A DNA stretch of 63,398 nt, filler included, from Octopus bimaculoides (lineage: Eukaryota): assembly GCF_001194135.2 (NCBI RefSeq). It is 7 parts of 5 records of this genome, joined end to end, with 100 filler letters (N's around TTAATTAATTAA, not from the genome) between each part and the next. Parts side by side here need not be neighbours in the genome. Positions count along the whole stretch, not along the records: positions 1 to 31,376 come from NC_068983.1; positions 31,477 to 40,666 come from NC_068985.1; 5 more parts are not named here. One strand, written 5' to 3'. Made by a program: the position numbers and the translations under genes. Positions 25,661-39,792 of this stretch are shown piece by piece (within the stretch, counting starts at the first letter, position 1; each line of letters begins with the position of its first letter). Under the pieces are notes generated by a model. It had not been told where the DNA came from, did not search any database, and saw only the letters and a program-made list of their open reading frames with translations.

Positions 25661-26943
25661 CTTTATAGGACTGCCACATTCTGTTGGCATATATACTTTA
25701 CTATTATAAAAAATTATAGTGCACAAAAATCTATTTAATACATATGTCTATCCTCAAAATGACATACTTATAGCTAAAAATTATATTATCTGTATTGATC
25801 TTCGTGCAGTTTGTAAATAATTGTGGCTGGTTGCAAAGCTGGTGTGAGCTTTACTTTCTTGCTTCTTTCTGTTTGCCAAATGTGGTGCATGTGATTGCTT
25901 GTTAGTGTATGATTTTGCTAGTTTTACTATGTATTCTATATGTGTTGTGAACGTTGTGGAGGAGTTTTTTGTAACTCGTAGTATTTTTGTCTTCTGTGTA
26001 TATGTGTATGTGACTATGTGTGGGTGTGTATGTATTTATGAGTGTGTTTGATATATTTCTGTTGCGTGGTATTTGTTATTCTCTAATGTTACATGTAAAG
26101 AAGGAAAAACGGTAGATTGGGAAGTTTGTAGATAATTTCAAGAGGATTAAAGTAGTTTTGCAGCTGTTTGTAACTGACTTGGAGTTGAAACTCTCTCTAC
26201 ATATTATGGAAGTGTGGCAAGTTGGAGATGTAAATTGGGAAAATTACCTTTAGAATACTCTTGAATACTCTTGACGTTTCGTTATTAAGAAGATAGGCTT
26301 GGCAACATGGCTGTGTTTTGTAATATGGTGAAGGTGGAGCCAGGTCTCCTTTATTAGATGTGGACAGCCGCAAACAAAGTGGGAAACATTGTTAATGGTG
26401 ATGTTAATTGAAGTTGTATGAGTGGGAGATTTTTCTTGTTGAATCTGTCATGTGTTAGTTACTTTATGGTTCATAACGGAAATTGAGCTATTATGACAAT
26501 GGCTAAGACAGTGACAACGGTGGTTATGATGGTGATGAGGATGATGATGATGATGGTGGTGGTCGTGGTGGTGATGATGAGGCTACTGCTATTGTTACCG
26601 CTGATGATGTTGTTGATGGTAACAACAACGACGATGACAATGATGCATGATGAAAATAAAGTTCATGCTTTGATTCGAAATGAGAAATCTAATGAGTGTT
26701 AATGGTTAACACCAAAGTCTTGGTATTCTGCTGTTCAAATCAAACGTTATTTACAAACAGCAAACTTCAGTAGCCTATTGCGTCAGTTTCATCGGGGTAA
26801 ACAGTCTATAATACACGGATTATTTTATGAGTAACATTAAGTCTTCGGAGTATTTCATTAATAACTTTTTCATCCCTTATCGCTCATTCCCTTGATTAGA
26901 TGTATGTGTATCTTTCTGTGTGGGACTCTCTCTCTCTCTCTCT

Positions 26944-27024
<81 letters not shown>

Positions 27025-27034
27025 CACACACACG

Positions 27035-27180
27035 GGCTTCTTTCAGTTTCCATCTACTAAATCCACTCAGAAGCATTTGGTCTGTAGAAGGCACATGCCC
27101 AAGGTGCCACCCATTGGGACTGAACCCGAAACCAAGTGATTAGGAAGCAAGCTTCTTCAAACACAGCTACGCTTGCGCCT
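27035..27180 (-). repeat. SINE family B head, adjacent to a (CA)n tract at 26945-27032
   Basis: Reverse complement of aggcgcaagcgtagctgtg...ggtttcgggttcagtcccaatgggtggcaccttgggc. Confidence 0.75.
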
Positions 27181-28149
27181 CTTTCTCTAATTCACAAAGT
27201 AGTGCTAAGTCCTTTTGTTTTTAGTTTTATTTATTATACGCTCTTTCCATTTTGAGCTTTGAGATTTGACTGTTTTCTATTTATCTTCGTAAGGGTCAAG
27301 CCCAATTTTCCCGGATAACACTATAACTGTTGGGTGGAACAAGTTGTTCAGTTTGTTGATATCTAGTGTGTCTTTTGATGTGATTATTATTTCTTGAAGG
27401 GCTCTGTTGTCTCTATTTATCGGTTCATAGAGTTGTTTATTTTATATTTTGCGATGTTTACTTCTGTTTTTGTTCTTTCTTCAGTCGGTTTGTCGCCATC
27501 CTCAGTTAGAATTGGCCTGTTATGGTGTGTGTTACGTTGTCAGTTGTTATGTGTTTCAGGTTTACCTATGTGCGTTGTTGATTTGCTGTGCTGTGCTATT
27601 TATTTCTAGTTTGGGTCGCTTTGCAGAGATTTTATTTTGGTTTAGCCTTTTATTTACTGTATACGTTGTTATCTCTGTTGTGTTCCTTTCTTTGTGAGAT
27701 CTTATGTGTTTTCGGACATATAATGTCTGATGTGCTATTTTTCTTTGCTTGCAGCCCATTGTTTTGAGTTGTCAGGTGTTTTGTTTTATATTCAGTGTGT
27801 ATTTTGTCTATTAGTTTGTCTATTTTGGTTTGGGGCACATCTCCCTCTCACAGGATATATCACCAGACATTTGCAAGAGTATCTTCCGAGACTTATTTCC
27901 CTCTGTCAGTATTATTTATCTGTATTTGATATGCTTCTTTTATTATACCTGTATATTTTGGTTTTTGTTTTGCAATGCAGAATGCATATATCACTTCAAT
28001 GTAGTCCTGTCCACCATTCTCTTTTAGTTTTGCTTTTTGCTTTTGCTTCGTTTTTCGCTTGGGCAGTGATATTAAATGAGAGGTCTTCCTGTTCAGTATC
28101 ATTTTGGTTTGGCTCAGGTTCGGTCTTTTTCCTGATAGGAATTATGAGG

Positions 28150-28600
28150 ATAGCGCACTTACTACCTGTAAACTTAGGTGTCCACAAATTTTCAGCAGTG
28201 TTTCGAGTGTTTAGAACCCTCCTGATAATCCTTGCTACTTCTAAGAGACAAACTTTTTGTAGGAGCTCTACTGGGAATTCTATTCCAATCTCTTCCAGCC
28301 ATTTGTTTATATTTTGGCACATTGTTCCCAACGCACCGAGTATTATAAGCACGACCTTTACTGTTCGCATGCTCCAAATTCTTCCTACTTCAAATTTTAA
28401 GGGACTGTATGTTTTTTTGTTTTTTTTTTTGCTTTTCTTCATCTTTCTTTACGATCCTAGAATCAAACGCACATGATGGGTCGATGAGTAAGCAACTTCG
28501 CTTTTCCTTATTTACAATCGTTACATTTGGTCTATTACTTTCTATTTTCGTGTCCGTTTCAATTGGAAAGTCCTACAGAATCTGACATTTCTCTCTGACA
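28150..28600 (-). mobile_element. R4/Dong-type LINE 3' fragment (restriction-like endonuclease to ORF end)
   Basis: DFPIETD.KIE.NRPNVTIVNKEKRSCLLIDPSCAFDSRIVKKDEEK...YSPLKFEVGRIWSMRTVKV..ILGALG...LLQKVCLLEVARIIRRVL. Confidence 0.85.
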
Positions 28601-30900
28601 TTATTATTTATTATCATTGAGCGAGAGAGAAGGGCGTGCCAGCAAAGTGACACTGGCGTAAAATTTTCGAAACCCAGTATACCAATCATGACTGCCTCTC
28701 TTATGTGCGCGACATTGGTGACCTCATATCAAGATAAACAGCACCCGACCTTGCAAGTGGGTCCCAGTTAGAATATGTGGTGCACCTCGTCCATCACCAC
28801 TAGGTCCAGTCTGTTATGCTCTCGCACCTGATCTGTTTGGATTGGGAAATCCCAGAGGGTTTTGCTAGTCACCGACTCCGTCACTCTCTGCGGTTTGTGC
28901 TCATACCACGTCTTGCCTCTCACTAGTCCGCACTTTTCGCACAATTTCCAATGTAGCACTTTTGCTACCTGGTCGTGTCGCTACAACTTGTAGTTTTGGG
29001 CAAGTATAGGGCATTCGTTCGTGATACGGGCAATAGTTTCATCCACTCTATTGCAAATACGGTACAGCTGAGACACTTGATCATTCTTGAGGTTCACCTT
29101 CCAATTCGTGGCCTGAGCTTGATCCTGCGCTGCCATTATAGTGCACTCGGTCTGTTTTTTTAGGGTTCCTTTTATCAGCCAATCCCACCTATTTTTCCCA
29201 GCAACTACTGTTGTGGCTACATGGAATTGATTGTGCAGTCCCTTCGTGCGTAATTCTTCTTCGTCCTTTTTGCACTTCTTTTGTTTTCTCTCTTTTTTCT
29301 TGCTTTCAGTACTCTCTCGTTCCTAACTGCTACTAGCAAGGTTTCCTTACTTGGGCTAGGTATCTCATTAAACTCTCAAATTCGATACACACGCAGCCTT
29401 CCACTCTTATCAGTCCCCTTCCTTCATTGGCTTTCTTCATGTATAGGCGATCAGTGTTTGAACGTGGATGATGGGCTCCATGCAACGTTAGGAGCTTTCT
29501 TGATTTCCTGTCCATCTCCTTTAGCCCCTCCTCTATCCACTTCAGGATTCCATTCTCACACCGAACTATTGTGGCAGCGCGCGAGTTTATTGCCGAAATT
29601 ATGTTTCTGGCATTCAGATTTGAAGTCAAAAATTTTCTTGCTCGCCGTAGGTACTCTCTTTTTCATTTTTCCTTCATGCCATGGTGTATAATTCCATTTT
29701 CCTCAAGTATTTCCAGGTATTGGATTGAGGTTGAATTGCCTTCATCATTTCACTCCTTGGCAGCCATATGCCTTCTGTCCTGGACAGCTTTCCTCGTCTC
29801 ATCACCATCGTACCACATTTTGAGAGTCCAGATTTCATCTCAATATCACTGGAAAAATTTTGCACAGACTGGATTAGGCTGTCCAGTTCTGCCTCTGATT
29901 TTGTGAATAGCTTCAAGTCGTCCACGAATTGCAAGTGGTTTAGTTTTCCCTTATCTCTTCCCAGATCATACCCCAGCTTTGTTTTTCTATAGTATTTCAC
30001 TCAAGGGAATCATACCCAGCACGAATATCAGTGGAGACATATTGTCCCCTTGGAAGATTCCTGTCTCTATTTTCACTTCTCCTAGTACTTGCCTCCCTGC
30101 TGTCAATTCCGTTCTCCAGCATTTCATGCTATTCCATATAAGGATTCTCATATTCTCTGCTATTCCATGCGTTTCCATTATTCTTATTATCCACGAATAC
30201 GGTATCATACCGTCTGTTTTGCGATAGTCAGCCTATGCCACGCTCAGGTTTGCATCACTTCTCTTGTACTACCTGATAATTATATTATCAATTAAGAGCT
30301 GATCCATCGTCCCCCGGCTTCTTTTAGCCCGAGAACCGAATCTTTCTTTTTGGCTTCAAACTTGAGCTTGCGTCGATCAATGTACCTCAGGTTGAGTGGT
30401 GCTTGATCCCGGTCTTCTCTAATATATCGGCACAGCGTCCTCACTATCTCTTGTTGGTCATTATCTTATTCTTGTGATATAACTCTTCCTATTACTTCTG
30501 CTTTATTTGCTGAGAATGCATTTACATTTACACTTGGCCCTACGTCTTCATTGCCGCCTTTCATTTTTCTGTTTTCACTGGGCACGTTATCTGTTGGTGC
30601 AGTTTTATTTCTATCTTCTACTTTCCTTTTTATCTCTTCTACTTCCATGTCTGTTAACCACCCTTTTACTCTTTTTATTCTTGCCTGCTTGGTTAACCGT
30701 TGCTCACTTGTTTCGAAGAGTCCTATCTCATTCCATTTTGCCTTTATTCATTGTCGTAATCCTCTTCTGCTGGGTTCACTTCTGATCTAGCATTCAATTA
30801 GCGTTTGGCTTGCCTCTTTATCCCACCTTCTTCTCTGCTTCTAGCTTTGTGTACAAGCAATCTCTGAATGAAGACCGGATCTGCATTGCTTAACCACAGG
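28601..30900 (-). mobile_element. Internally deleted R4/Dong-type LINE (N-terminal region, RT, thumb, partial endonuclease, 3' UTR with TAA-like tail)
   Basis: EQRLTKQARI...WLTDMEVEEIKRK (~30650-30720), IPYSWI...TGIFQGDNMSPLIFVLGMIPL, LNHLQFVDDLKLF, EMDRKSRKLLTLHGAHHPRSNTDRLY...GRGL, LWDFPIQTDQ..HNRLDLVV. Confidence 0.9.
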
Positions 30901-31046
30901 GCACTTGCCAGGCGAAAGGCAACTTTTGGTTCCAGCCTCATTAACATCATTATTTGATACATTTATATTAGACATTTGCACTCAGCATTGTGGTACATGA
31001 TTTAAGCTGAGCCACCAACCGAGATTTTTAACGAGACACCAACCAG

Positions 31047-31102
<56 letters not shown>

Positions 31103-31376
31103 GTTGTTTTTTTTCTTCTTCTTTCTTCAAATTTTCTTCCATTTCTCGCTGAGTGTTTTCTGTACACCTAGGGCAGAGAAACTCGTTGTATGCATTCCCA
31201 GTTCACGCACGCAAATTCATAGGTAAAACATGTATTTAAGAAAAAAAAGTTCATGAATGGATGTTGTTTTCACAGCGATAATGCTCTTCTCAGTACATGA
31301 GTCGTTCCAGTTAGCACGATTTTTTGCACTTCCTGTAGGGATGGTAGGCCTGGTATCATTTTCAAATAGGTTTCAG
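31047..31376 (-). mobile_element. R4/Dong-type LINE 3' end with (TAA)n tail
   Basis: Minus frame ETYLKMIPGLPSLQEVQKIVLTGTTHVLRRALSL*, then 3' UTR and an (ATT)n tract at ~31047-31101. Cut by the gap at 31377. Confidence 0.8.
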
Positions 31377-31476
31377 NNNNNNNNNNNNNNNNNNNNNNNN
31401 NNNNNNNNNNNNNNNNNNNNTTAATTAATTAANNNNNNNNNNNNNNNNNNNNNNNNNNNNNNNNNNNNNNNNNNNN

Positions 31477-31508
<32 letters not shown>

Positions 31509-31950
31509 AGTGTGTGTGTGTGTATAAGTGTGTGTGTATGTATATTTTTAGTTTCAGTTATAATAAAAACAATTTTACTTTAATCTGATGGGTTACTCTA
31601 TACTTGTATAGAGTACAAATTTATTGGCCTTGAACAAGAATATTATTGAATAGCACAACCCCAAATTCAATCAAAATTTCTTCAATACGCCTTTCCATAA
31701 CGACCAACCTATAAAGTAATTACGACTCCACTCAAACCCACACACCCAAGGATGATTTTAACCCAACAGAGACTATAGAAAGCCAAGATTAACTTCAATG
31801 CATCACAATCCGACAATGGCTTAGCTGGGCGAAACTTCAAAGTCACAGTCAGTAACATACTTGATTATGAATACTATGCGTGTGTGTGCATATATGTGTG
31901 AGTGTGAGTGTGAGTGTGAGTGTGTGTGCGCGTGTCTTTCTATGTGTGTT

Positions 31951-32000
<50 letters not shown>

Positions 32001-32161
32001 TATATCTGTGTGTGTATGTATATATATATATGTGTGTGTGTGTGTATGTATATGTGTGTGTATATATATATATATATTATATATATACATATATATATGC
32101 AGGGAGAGAGAGGGGGAGGGGAAGTGAGAAAGAGAAGGAGATATATATATATATATGTATA

Positions 32162-32200
<39 letters not shown>

Positions 32201-32256
32201 NNNNNNNNNNNNNNNNNNNNNNNNNNNNNNNNNNNNNNNNNNNNNNNNNNNNNNNN

Positions 32257-32303
<47 letters not shown>

Positions 32304-32616
32304 CAATTATGCGGATAAACAAGTTAAATATAACCGCTCGGTTTTGATATACAAAATATGTATGCATGCAAATAAATAAATAAATAAATGCATGCAAATA
32401 AATAAATAAATAAATAAAAGAAAGCAAAAACTGAAGATTTCAAACGATGAATATTTAAGTATAAATATAGAGATATTTATATATTTATAGATCGAACTTG
32501 CTTAGAGTACAAATCGATAGAGAAAATTAAAGGGGATGAAGTAAGTTGTTATAAGGTGTTGTATTTGAGCGGTACTAAGTTTGCTACACCGAAAATCTCT
32601 GGATCTCATCTGTTAT

Positions 32617-32994
32617 CGTGGCACTCCGTCGGTTACGACGACGAGGGTTCCAGTTGATCCGATCAACGGAACAGCCTGCTCGTGAAATTAACGTTCAAGT
32701 GGCTGAGCACTCCACAGACACGTGTACTCTTAACGTAGTTCTCGGAGAGATTCAGCGTGACACACAGTGTAACAAGGCTGGCCCTTTGAAATATAGGTAC
32801 AACAGAAACAGGAACTGTGAGAGAAAGTTGTGGTGGAAGAATACAGCAGGATTCGCCACCATCCCCTGTCAGAGTCTTGTGGAGCTTTAGATGTTTTCGC
32901 TCAATAAACACTCACAACGCCCGGTCTGGGAACCGAAATGGCGATCCTAGGACCGCGAATCCGCTGCCCTAACCACTGGGCCATTGCGCCTCCA
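32617..32994 (-). repeat. Full-length SINE family C with 12-bp TSD
   Basis: tRNA-like head gtggaggcgcaatggcccagtggttagggcagcgg...; ctcatctgttat at both 32605-32616 and 32995-33006. Confidence 0.9.
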
Positions 32995-33391
32995 CTCATC
33001 TGTTATATATCTAATATAATAATACTCTTGTATTTTTCTCCATCACAACATGAATGAGAAAGGAAGCGGGGATAGATGAATAAGGAAGGGGTGATGGCAA
33101 ACTGGTGGGATGGTGAACATTCAACGCTAAAAAAAAAAAATGAAACAGCGTTTCAACTGTGTGTGAGTATATGTGTATCTGCGTGTGCGTGTACAAGGCA
33201 AGTATATAAATATATGTGAATATTGACAAGTGTATTAATTTGATTTACCATCCATATTTATATATAAAATACTACAATTAGTGGTCATTTTTGACGGCAC
33301 GGGGTCAGCTAGTATATATATACAGACTCTTTTATTCTTTTGATTTTACTCGAGATTCATGACCATGCTGGAGCACGACCAACTGGTGTTG

Positions 33392-33780
33392 CTACATCTT
33401 CATTAATCCCTTGTTAATAGATGACATTCGGCGAATGAAGGAGGCTGATGCTGTTACGCTTATTTGCATGTCTTGCCGTGAGGTTGGTTCATCTGGGACC
33501 CTTGACAGCCGGAGATCCAGTTTAGTTTTCAACACATCTACACCCACCCCAGGTACATCTCTCAAGTCTTCCGCAAAGTTACTGAAGAGCTGTGGTTCTT
33601 TGAATCCCAAACTATCGCAATATTTGGTCCTGTATTTTGAAAGAAAAGGCGGCACTATGCAATGACGCTCTATTTTGGTGTTTGTAGAACTTTCAATGCC
33701 AAAATTTGGGAGAAGTTCTCCCAAAATATTCCAGATGTATATTACAATATACCTTTCCTACCGTCGTTCCAGGCAGTAGA
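33392..33780 (-). mobile_element. CR1-type LINE 3' end of ORF2
   Basis: LPNFGIE...RHCIVPP...RTKYCDSLGFKEPQLFS...LRDVPGVGVDVLKTKLD..LSRVPDEPT. Confidence 0.8.
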
Positions 33781-33864
33781 ATCTTAACTTTTTGGCGTTT
33801 TCCAGTAAACAATCTCACTGTCTGTCTATCTGTCCGTCTGTCTTCCTCTCTCTCTTTTCCTATC

Positions 33865-33922
<58 letters not shown>

Positions 33923-36213
33923 NNNNNNNNNNNNNNNNNNNNNNNNNNNNNNNNNNNNNNNNNNNNNNNNNNTATATATATATATATATCAAAACAGTTT
34001 GATTCAAATTCCTTGGTATACTTGAGTTTCAAGAGTGATGCTAATCGTCACCCGTTTTGAATTTGAATGACAGAAGTTGATTGTTATTACTGTAAGGTGA
34101 GCTGCGATTGGTCGAGTAAGGTCACACGGTGTTATGGTTTGATGTTAGTATATGGGTAACAATTAGATGGAAAATACTGCATGGTGAACAGGACATCGAC
34201 TGCATAATGAACAGGAATAGACCACGTGGTGGTTAGGAAATCGGTCAAGTTGCTGGAGAAGTAGAATGGGGTGGTATGTGCAAGTATATAGTTGTATATG
34301 TGGGTGTGTAGACGCGGTCATATGGTCTTGTGTGCATGTGTATATCGATGCGAACGTGCGCATCCGTACATGGGTGCACACGCGCACGTCCACACACACA
34401 CACACACACACACACACCCACACCCACACATATACATACAATCATAAGAACGAACACATGCGCGCGCACATATATAATCGTATTTCTTGTATATGGATAC
34501 TATGAGTTGTTGGAGGATATGCAGTTTTTGCGGAGGCAGAGCTGGCAGTTGGGTGGATATTGTGGCGCTCTGTCGACAATAGTCCACTTGATGCTGGGTG
34601 TTTCGTCTCAGAGATCACGGAGTTTCCAGAGAAAGACAGACAGGAAAGTAGCGTTCTCTCTGTCTCTGGATCTGAACTATTGCATATGCTCGGAGTATCT
34701 TCCCTTGAAATCATTAGCTGTCATTATAGTGCCTAGTAATGCCATCGGATAGTGTGAATGTGGCTCTGTATATTACGACCCTTGAGAGGCAGGATCCTTC
34801 TAGAGGGCACATGGTGGGGTTTCGGAAGGAAAACCTGTTCATACAAAAGTACAGACCACACCTCAATGTACAAATTTGACAATTAAAAAAAAATTCTACT
34901 AAGGAGCCAGTTGTACCTCTTGCCACCTGTTGCTCCCCTTGATTCACTCCCTAGACTCATTCTTCTTATTCTTCAAACATCCAAAATGACGAAACCCCTC
35001 TGTCACGAGAACTGATTACTGCACAATGTCCCTTGAAAAGCTAATTTAAATAGGGAAAACCGGTTGGATTTCACGACATCCACATAATATGTATATATTT
35101 ATAAAAAGATATTAAACTATATGAAACGATGGCATTTCTCTTCCACTTTTTATATTTTTTCCACATATTTTCAACTCATAATTTGGCCACGTGGCGTATA
35201 CTGAATCTTCAGTATCTTTACACTTTGTATATTTATATATTGCTATATATATATGGTATACAATTACAAATACAAACAACAGGACATTAACAACAGATGT
35301 CTTTCGACTAAGGACGAATTAAATTAAGCTGGCGTGTAGGAAGTGAAGGCCTTACGGCAGGAACATAAAAGATGAAAGTCATGGGAAGGAATATAAGAGA
35401 TGCTACACAGATGGTAGTCGAACCAAGAAAGAAAGGTCAGGCTTGGTGGAACACTGGTCACGTGGAAGGAGGGGAGAGAGGTAGGGGACAGAGGGATTGA
35501 AGATTTATGGAGGGACGAGAAAGAGAGAAAAAGAAAGGAAAGGGACAGAGTGAGGTAAGAGAGGAGGAAAAGTGNNNNNNNNNNNNNNNNNNNNNNNNNN
35601 NNNNNNNNNNNNNNNNNNNNNNNNNNNNNNNNNNNNNNNNNNNNNNNNNNNNNNNNNNNNNNNNNNNNNNNNNNNNNNNNNNNNNNNNNNNNNNNNNNNN
35701 NNNATATTGGGTAGAAAGAATAGTGGCTGATTACACGCGGTTGAATATATACGGAAAGAAATAAGATGAAAAAACTCATAACATTCGTTTTAAAAGACTC
35801 TAGCAAACAAAATGTCTAATTCAAAAATTCATTCAAAACTCATAATTTGAAAAGCGATAACGAAACCGGGTATTATGTTGGAAGAAAAAAAATCTCATTT
35901 CCTACGATATTGTATAATACCTTTACTATTATGATTCTAATATATTCTTTAGTCTTTTAAAACAAATCATCTGTGTTTTTACATCTTATTTCTTTCCGTC
36001 TATCTATCTATCTGTCTATCTATCTATCTATATATATATATATAAGGCTGTAACCGGAATTAGTGATAAATTGGCAGGATGTATCATTATGTCGCAAAGT
36101 ATTGAAAGCCCCTTGATATAAACCGGCATTTTGCCAACGGATTATGCAATATGTGGCAGTTTGAAGGAGTGAACACTTCATAAACACGCAGCAGGGAATA
36201 TTTCAGTAGAATA

Positions 36214-36646
36214 AAGGCGGCGAGGTGGCAGAGTGGTTAGCACACCGGGCGAAATGCTTAACGGTATTTCGTCTGCCGTTACGTTCTGAGTTCAAATTCC
36301 GCCGAGGTCGACTTTTCCTTTCATCCTTTCGGGGTCGATAAAATTAAGTACCAGTTACGCACTGGGGTCGCTGTAATCGACTTAATCCTTTTGTCTGTCT
36401 TTGTTTGTCCCCTCTATGTTTAGCCTCTTGTGGGCAATAAAGAATTAAGAAACGTTAGCACGCCGGGCTAAATGCTTAGCTGTATTTCTTCTGTCTTTAC
36501 ATTCTGAGCTCAAATTCCGCCGAGGTCGACATTGCCTTTCATCCTTTTTGGGGGTCGATACATTAAGTACCAGTTGCGTACTGGAGTCCATCTAATTGAC
36601 TGGCCCCTTCCCCAAAAAATTCGGGCCTTGTTCCTAGAATCGAAAA
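36214..36646 (+). repeat. Dimeric SINE family A with one shared TSD
   Basis: Two tandem units (junction ~36450) flanked by gaatatttcagtagaata (from 36196) and gaatatttcagtaaaata (from 36647). Confidence 0.85.
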
Positions 36647-37219
36647 GAATATTTCAGTAAAATACACTGAAACAGCAGAAAAAGAAATGATTGCTTAGGA
36701 AAACAACGCACCACCTCTTGAAAGAATCGAACCCTTGACTAATTACACAGATCCGAACACCTGGCCAGTAGACCACTTGCTTTTTACTCATTCTCCCTCT
36801 TTCTCTATCTCTTTCTCCTTCTATCACTCTATCTATCTATCTATCTATCTATCTGTCTATCAATAAATACATACATACATACACGCATTTAAGCACACAC
36901 ANNNNNNNNNNTATATATATATATATGCATATATACATACCTACATATATGTGTATATATACATGCATATATGGGTACAGGACGTCAAAAAAACGTGAAC
37001 AAAATGAGAAACGAGACAGGCAACATAAAGAACAATCCCTTCATTAGTTGTCCCCTATTTTATCTACTCTGCGTTTCGATATACATATATATATATACAC
37101 ACGTACAATATTTTAATTACATATAAATATGCACTTGTATGTTTGTGTGTGTGTGTATTTTATTGATTCAAAAATATAGCAAAATGTCTATCTATCTATC
37201 TATCTATCTATCTGTCTAA

Positions 37220-37307
<88 letters not shown>

Positions 37308-37326
37308 GAGAGAGAGAAAGGGGTTG

Positions 37327-37357
<31 letters not shown>

Positions 37358-37646
37358 TTATATGTGTGTAACATGGCCGTGTTGATGCAAAAAGCAATGT
37401 TGTTAAAAGGAAGCATAACAATGGTTTGGTGTATCCGGGAAAAGATAAATACCGGGCTTGACTAAAATCATGAAGATAGTGCTCCAGCTTGGCCACTGTC
37501 TCGTGATTGAGGACAGCAACTGAATGTAAACAATAAATAAATAAATAAATAAATAAGTTTATAAAGTAACGTACGCCCACACACATTTACACACATTTAT
37601 ATATATGTATGCGGGTGCATGACTGTGCGCGTGCGAGCATTTGTGC

Positions 37647-37682
<36 letters not shown>

Positions 37683-37852
37683 ATGCGCACGCGTTTGTGT
37701 GTGTGCGTGTGTTTACATACGCACCCATTGGCTATAACACACACACGTCATACGAAGTTACTTTGTGAAACTACATCGATCTGGTGTCCTCCTGCCTCGT
37801 AGTCAAATATCGTCTGCTCCTCCTTCTAGAATGTTCAATGCACACGCAAATA

Positions 37853-37886
<34 letters not shown>

Positions 37887-38072
37887 TACACACGCACGCA
37901 CAAACACGCGCGCGCATTCATCCGCTCGTATGTACTCACTCCCATGAAGACAGACACCTACACACATAAGCATTCGATTGTCTCATCCACTCCATTAGAC
38001 AATCTAACGCTCACTCCGTCCTCCTGTGCTATTGCTCGCAATTTTCCCCTCCTACTTTGTTGCACACGCACA

Positions 38073-38117
<45 letters not shown>

Positions 38118-38457
38118 ACACACACACATGCACACGCGTACACATACACACATGAAAACTCATACACACACACAACTTACAAGCATTCAAACAGAATTAC
38201 TTTCAAAATACTTCGAATCCACAAAATGTACACACACATAGACACACACATAGACACACACATAGACACACACATAGACACACACAGAGACACACACACA
38301 CATACCCACACACACACAAACACATACCCTCCACACACACACAGAAACACGCTCACGCTAACACACGCTTACACTTGCATTTTCAGTTTCATAGTATTTG
38401 CATATATTTTAATATAAGACGCACACACATACACGCAAGCATAAACGCACACACATG

Positions 38458-38495
<38 letters not shown>

Positions 38496-38769
38496 CACGT
38501 ACGCCTACACATATATGTCAAACCTTATGGCTGATTTCGGTAAAATGATAAAAGAGATCTATGTTTTGGGGATCTCCGTCGTTCAACGATGAGGATTCAG
38601 TTGTTTGATCTCAACTGTATTATCTCCTCTTGAATTAAGGGGTAAGCGGCTGAGTATTCCAGAGACACATGTACCCTTAATGTTTATGCTCGGCCAGTGT
38701 CAGTAGGACAGTGTGTGACTAAATTGTACTTTTGCAATACAAGAACAATCCGTTGGACAGGTTTGTATG

Positions 38770-38962
38770 CGAGGGGCTGCTGAAAAGTTCCTGGCTCTAA
38801 GGGTATCGCGAAACGCCCGGCTGGAGGCCTAACCTTCCGAATTATTTTACAGGGCTTAGAAAAACTGAAGGCCCGCTTCAATAAGTATGAGGGGGGAATA
38901 TGTTGAATAAAATCAACTGGTCACCCTGTATCTTTTGTGACCCAAAGCCAGGAACTTTTTAG
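38770..38962 (+). mobile_element. Mariner-derived MITE
   Basis: TIR pair ctgaaaagttcctggctctaagggt / acccaaagccaggaactttttag; internal relic of the transposase C-terminus (GLEKLKARFNK...GEYVE*). Confidence 0.7.
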
Positions 38963-39487
38963 TTCATTCACAAAATAGGAATCGAGCGACGCAATTAAAG
39001 CTGTCATTGACCCTTGAAGTGATGCTGCAGGATCGAAACAAAGATCTCGAAGTTGCGAAGTCGGCCACACAATTTTGGTGCAGTGAGATCTTTTCCAAGC
39101 AGGCTATGTCTTTGCTTGTATTGTGAGGTCGCTCTCGAGCGCAGCTGGTAACCCAGTGCGACCTGTTGCATGATCGGGTCATCGGCGATTAGACTCGTCA
39201 CCCCTCCCCCACCAAGCTCGCTGCGTGAGGAGGGTGATTGTTGGTCACCCTGCAGGACAGAAGACAAAAACCGTGAAAGGGTGGAGGAACTGAGGAAAGT
39301 CAATGCCCACCCATTATATGTGAAGGCACGCAGCTACGGGTTTAGAGCATTGTACTCACGATCGCGAGGTTATTGTTTCGATCCCAGACGGGCTGTGCAC
39401 TGTGTTCCTGAGCAAAACACTTCATTTCATGTTGCTCCAATCCACTCAGCTGGTCAGGAGTGACCTTGTGATGTATTGGCGGACGTA

Positions 39488-39736
39488 TAGGCGCAGGCGT
39501 GGCTGTGTAGTAAGTAGCTCGCTTACCAACTACGTGGTTCAGGGTTCAATCCCAATGCGTAGCACTTTGGGTAAGTGTCTTCTACTATAGCCTCGGGCCG
39601 ACCAAAGCCTTGTGAGTCGATTTGGTAGACGGAAACTGAAAGAAGCCCGTAGTATATATACGANNNNNNNNNNNNNNNNNNNNNNNNNNNNNNNNNNNNN
39701 NNNNNNNNNNNNNNNNNNNNNNNNNNNNNNNTATGC

Positions 39737-39792
<56 letters not shown>

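Noticed and set aside
27300-28100. 248-aa plus-strand ORF (27730-28476) and A/C-rich minus-strand frames
   Set aside because: The ORF is largely antisense to a LINE fragment, and the remainder is too decayed to assign.
34442-34752. Segment open in several frames (90- and 140-aa ORFs)
   Set aside because: No recognisable domain or splice signals; partly microsatellite.
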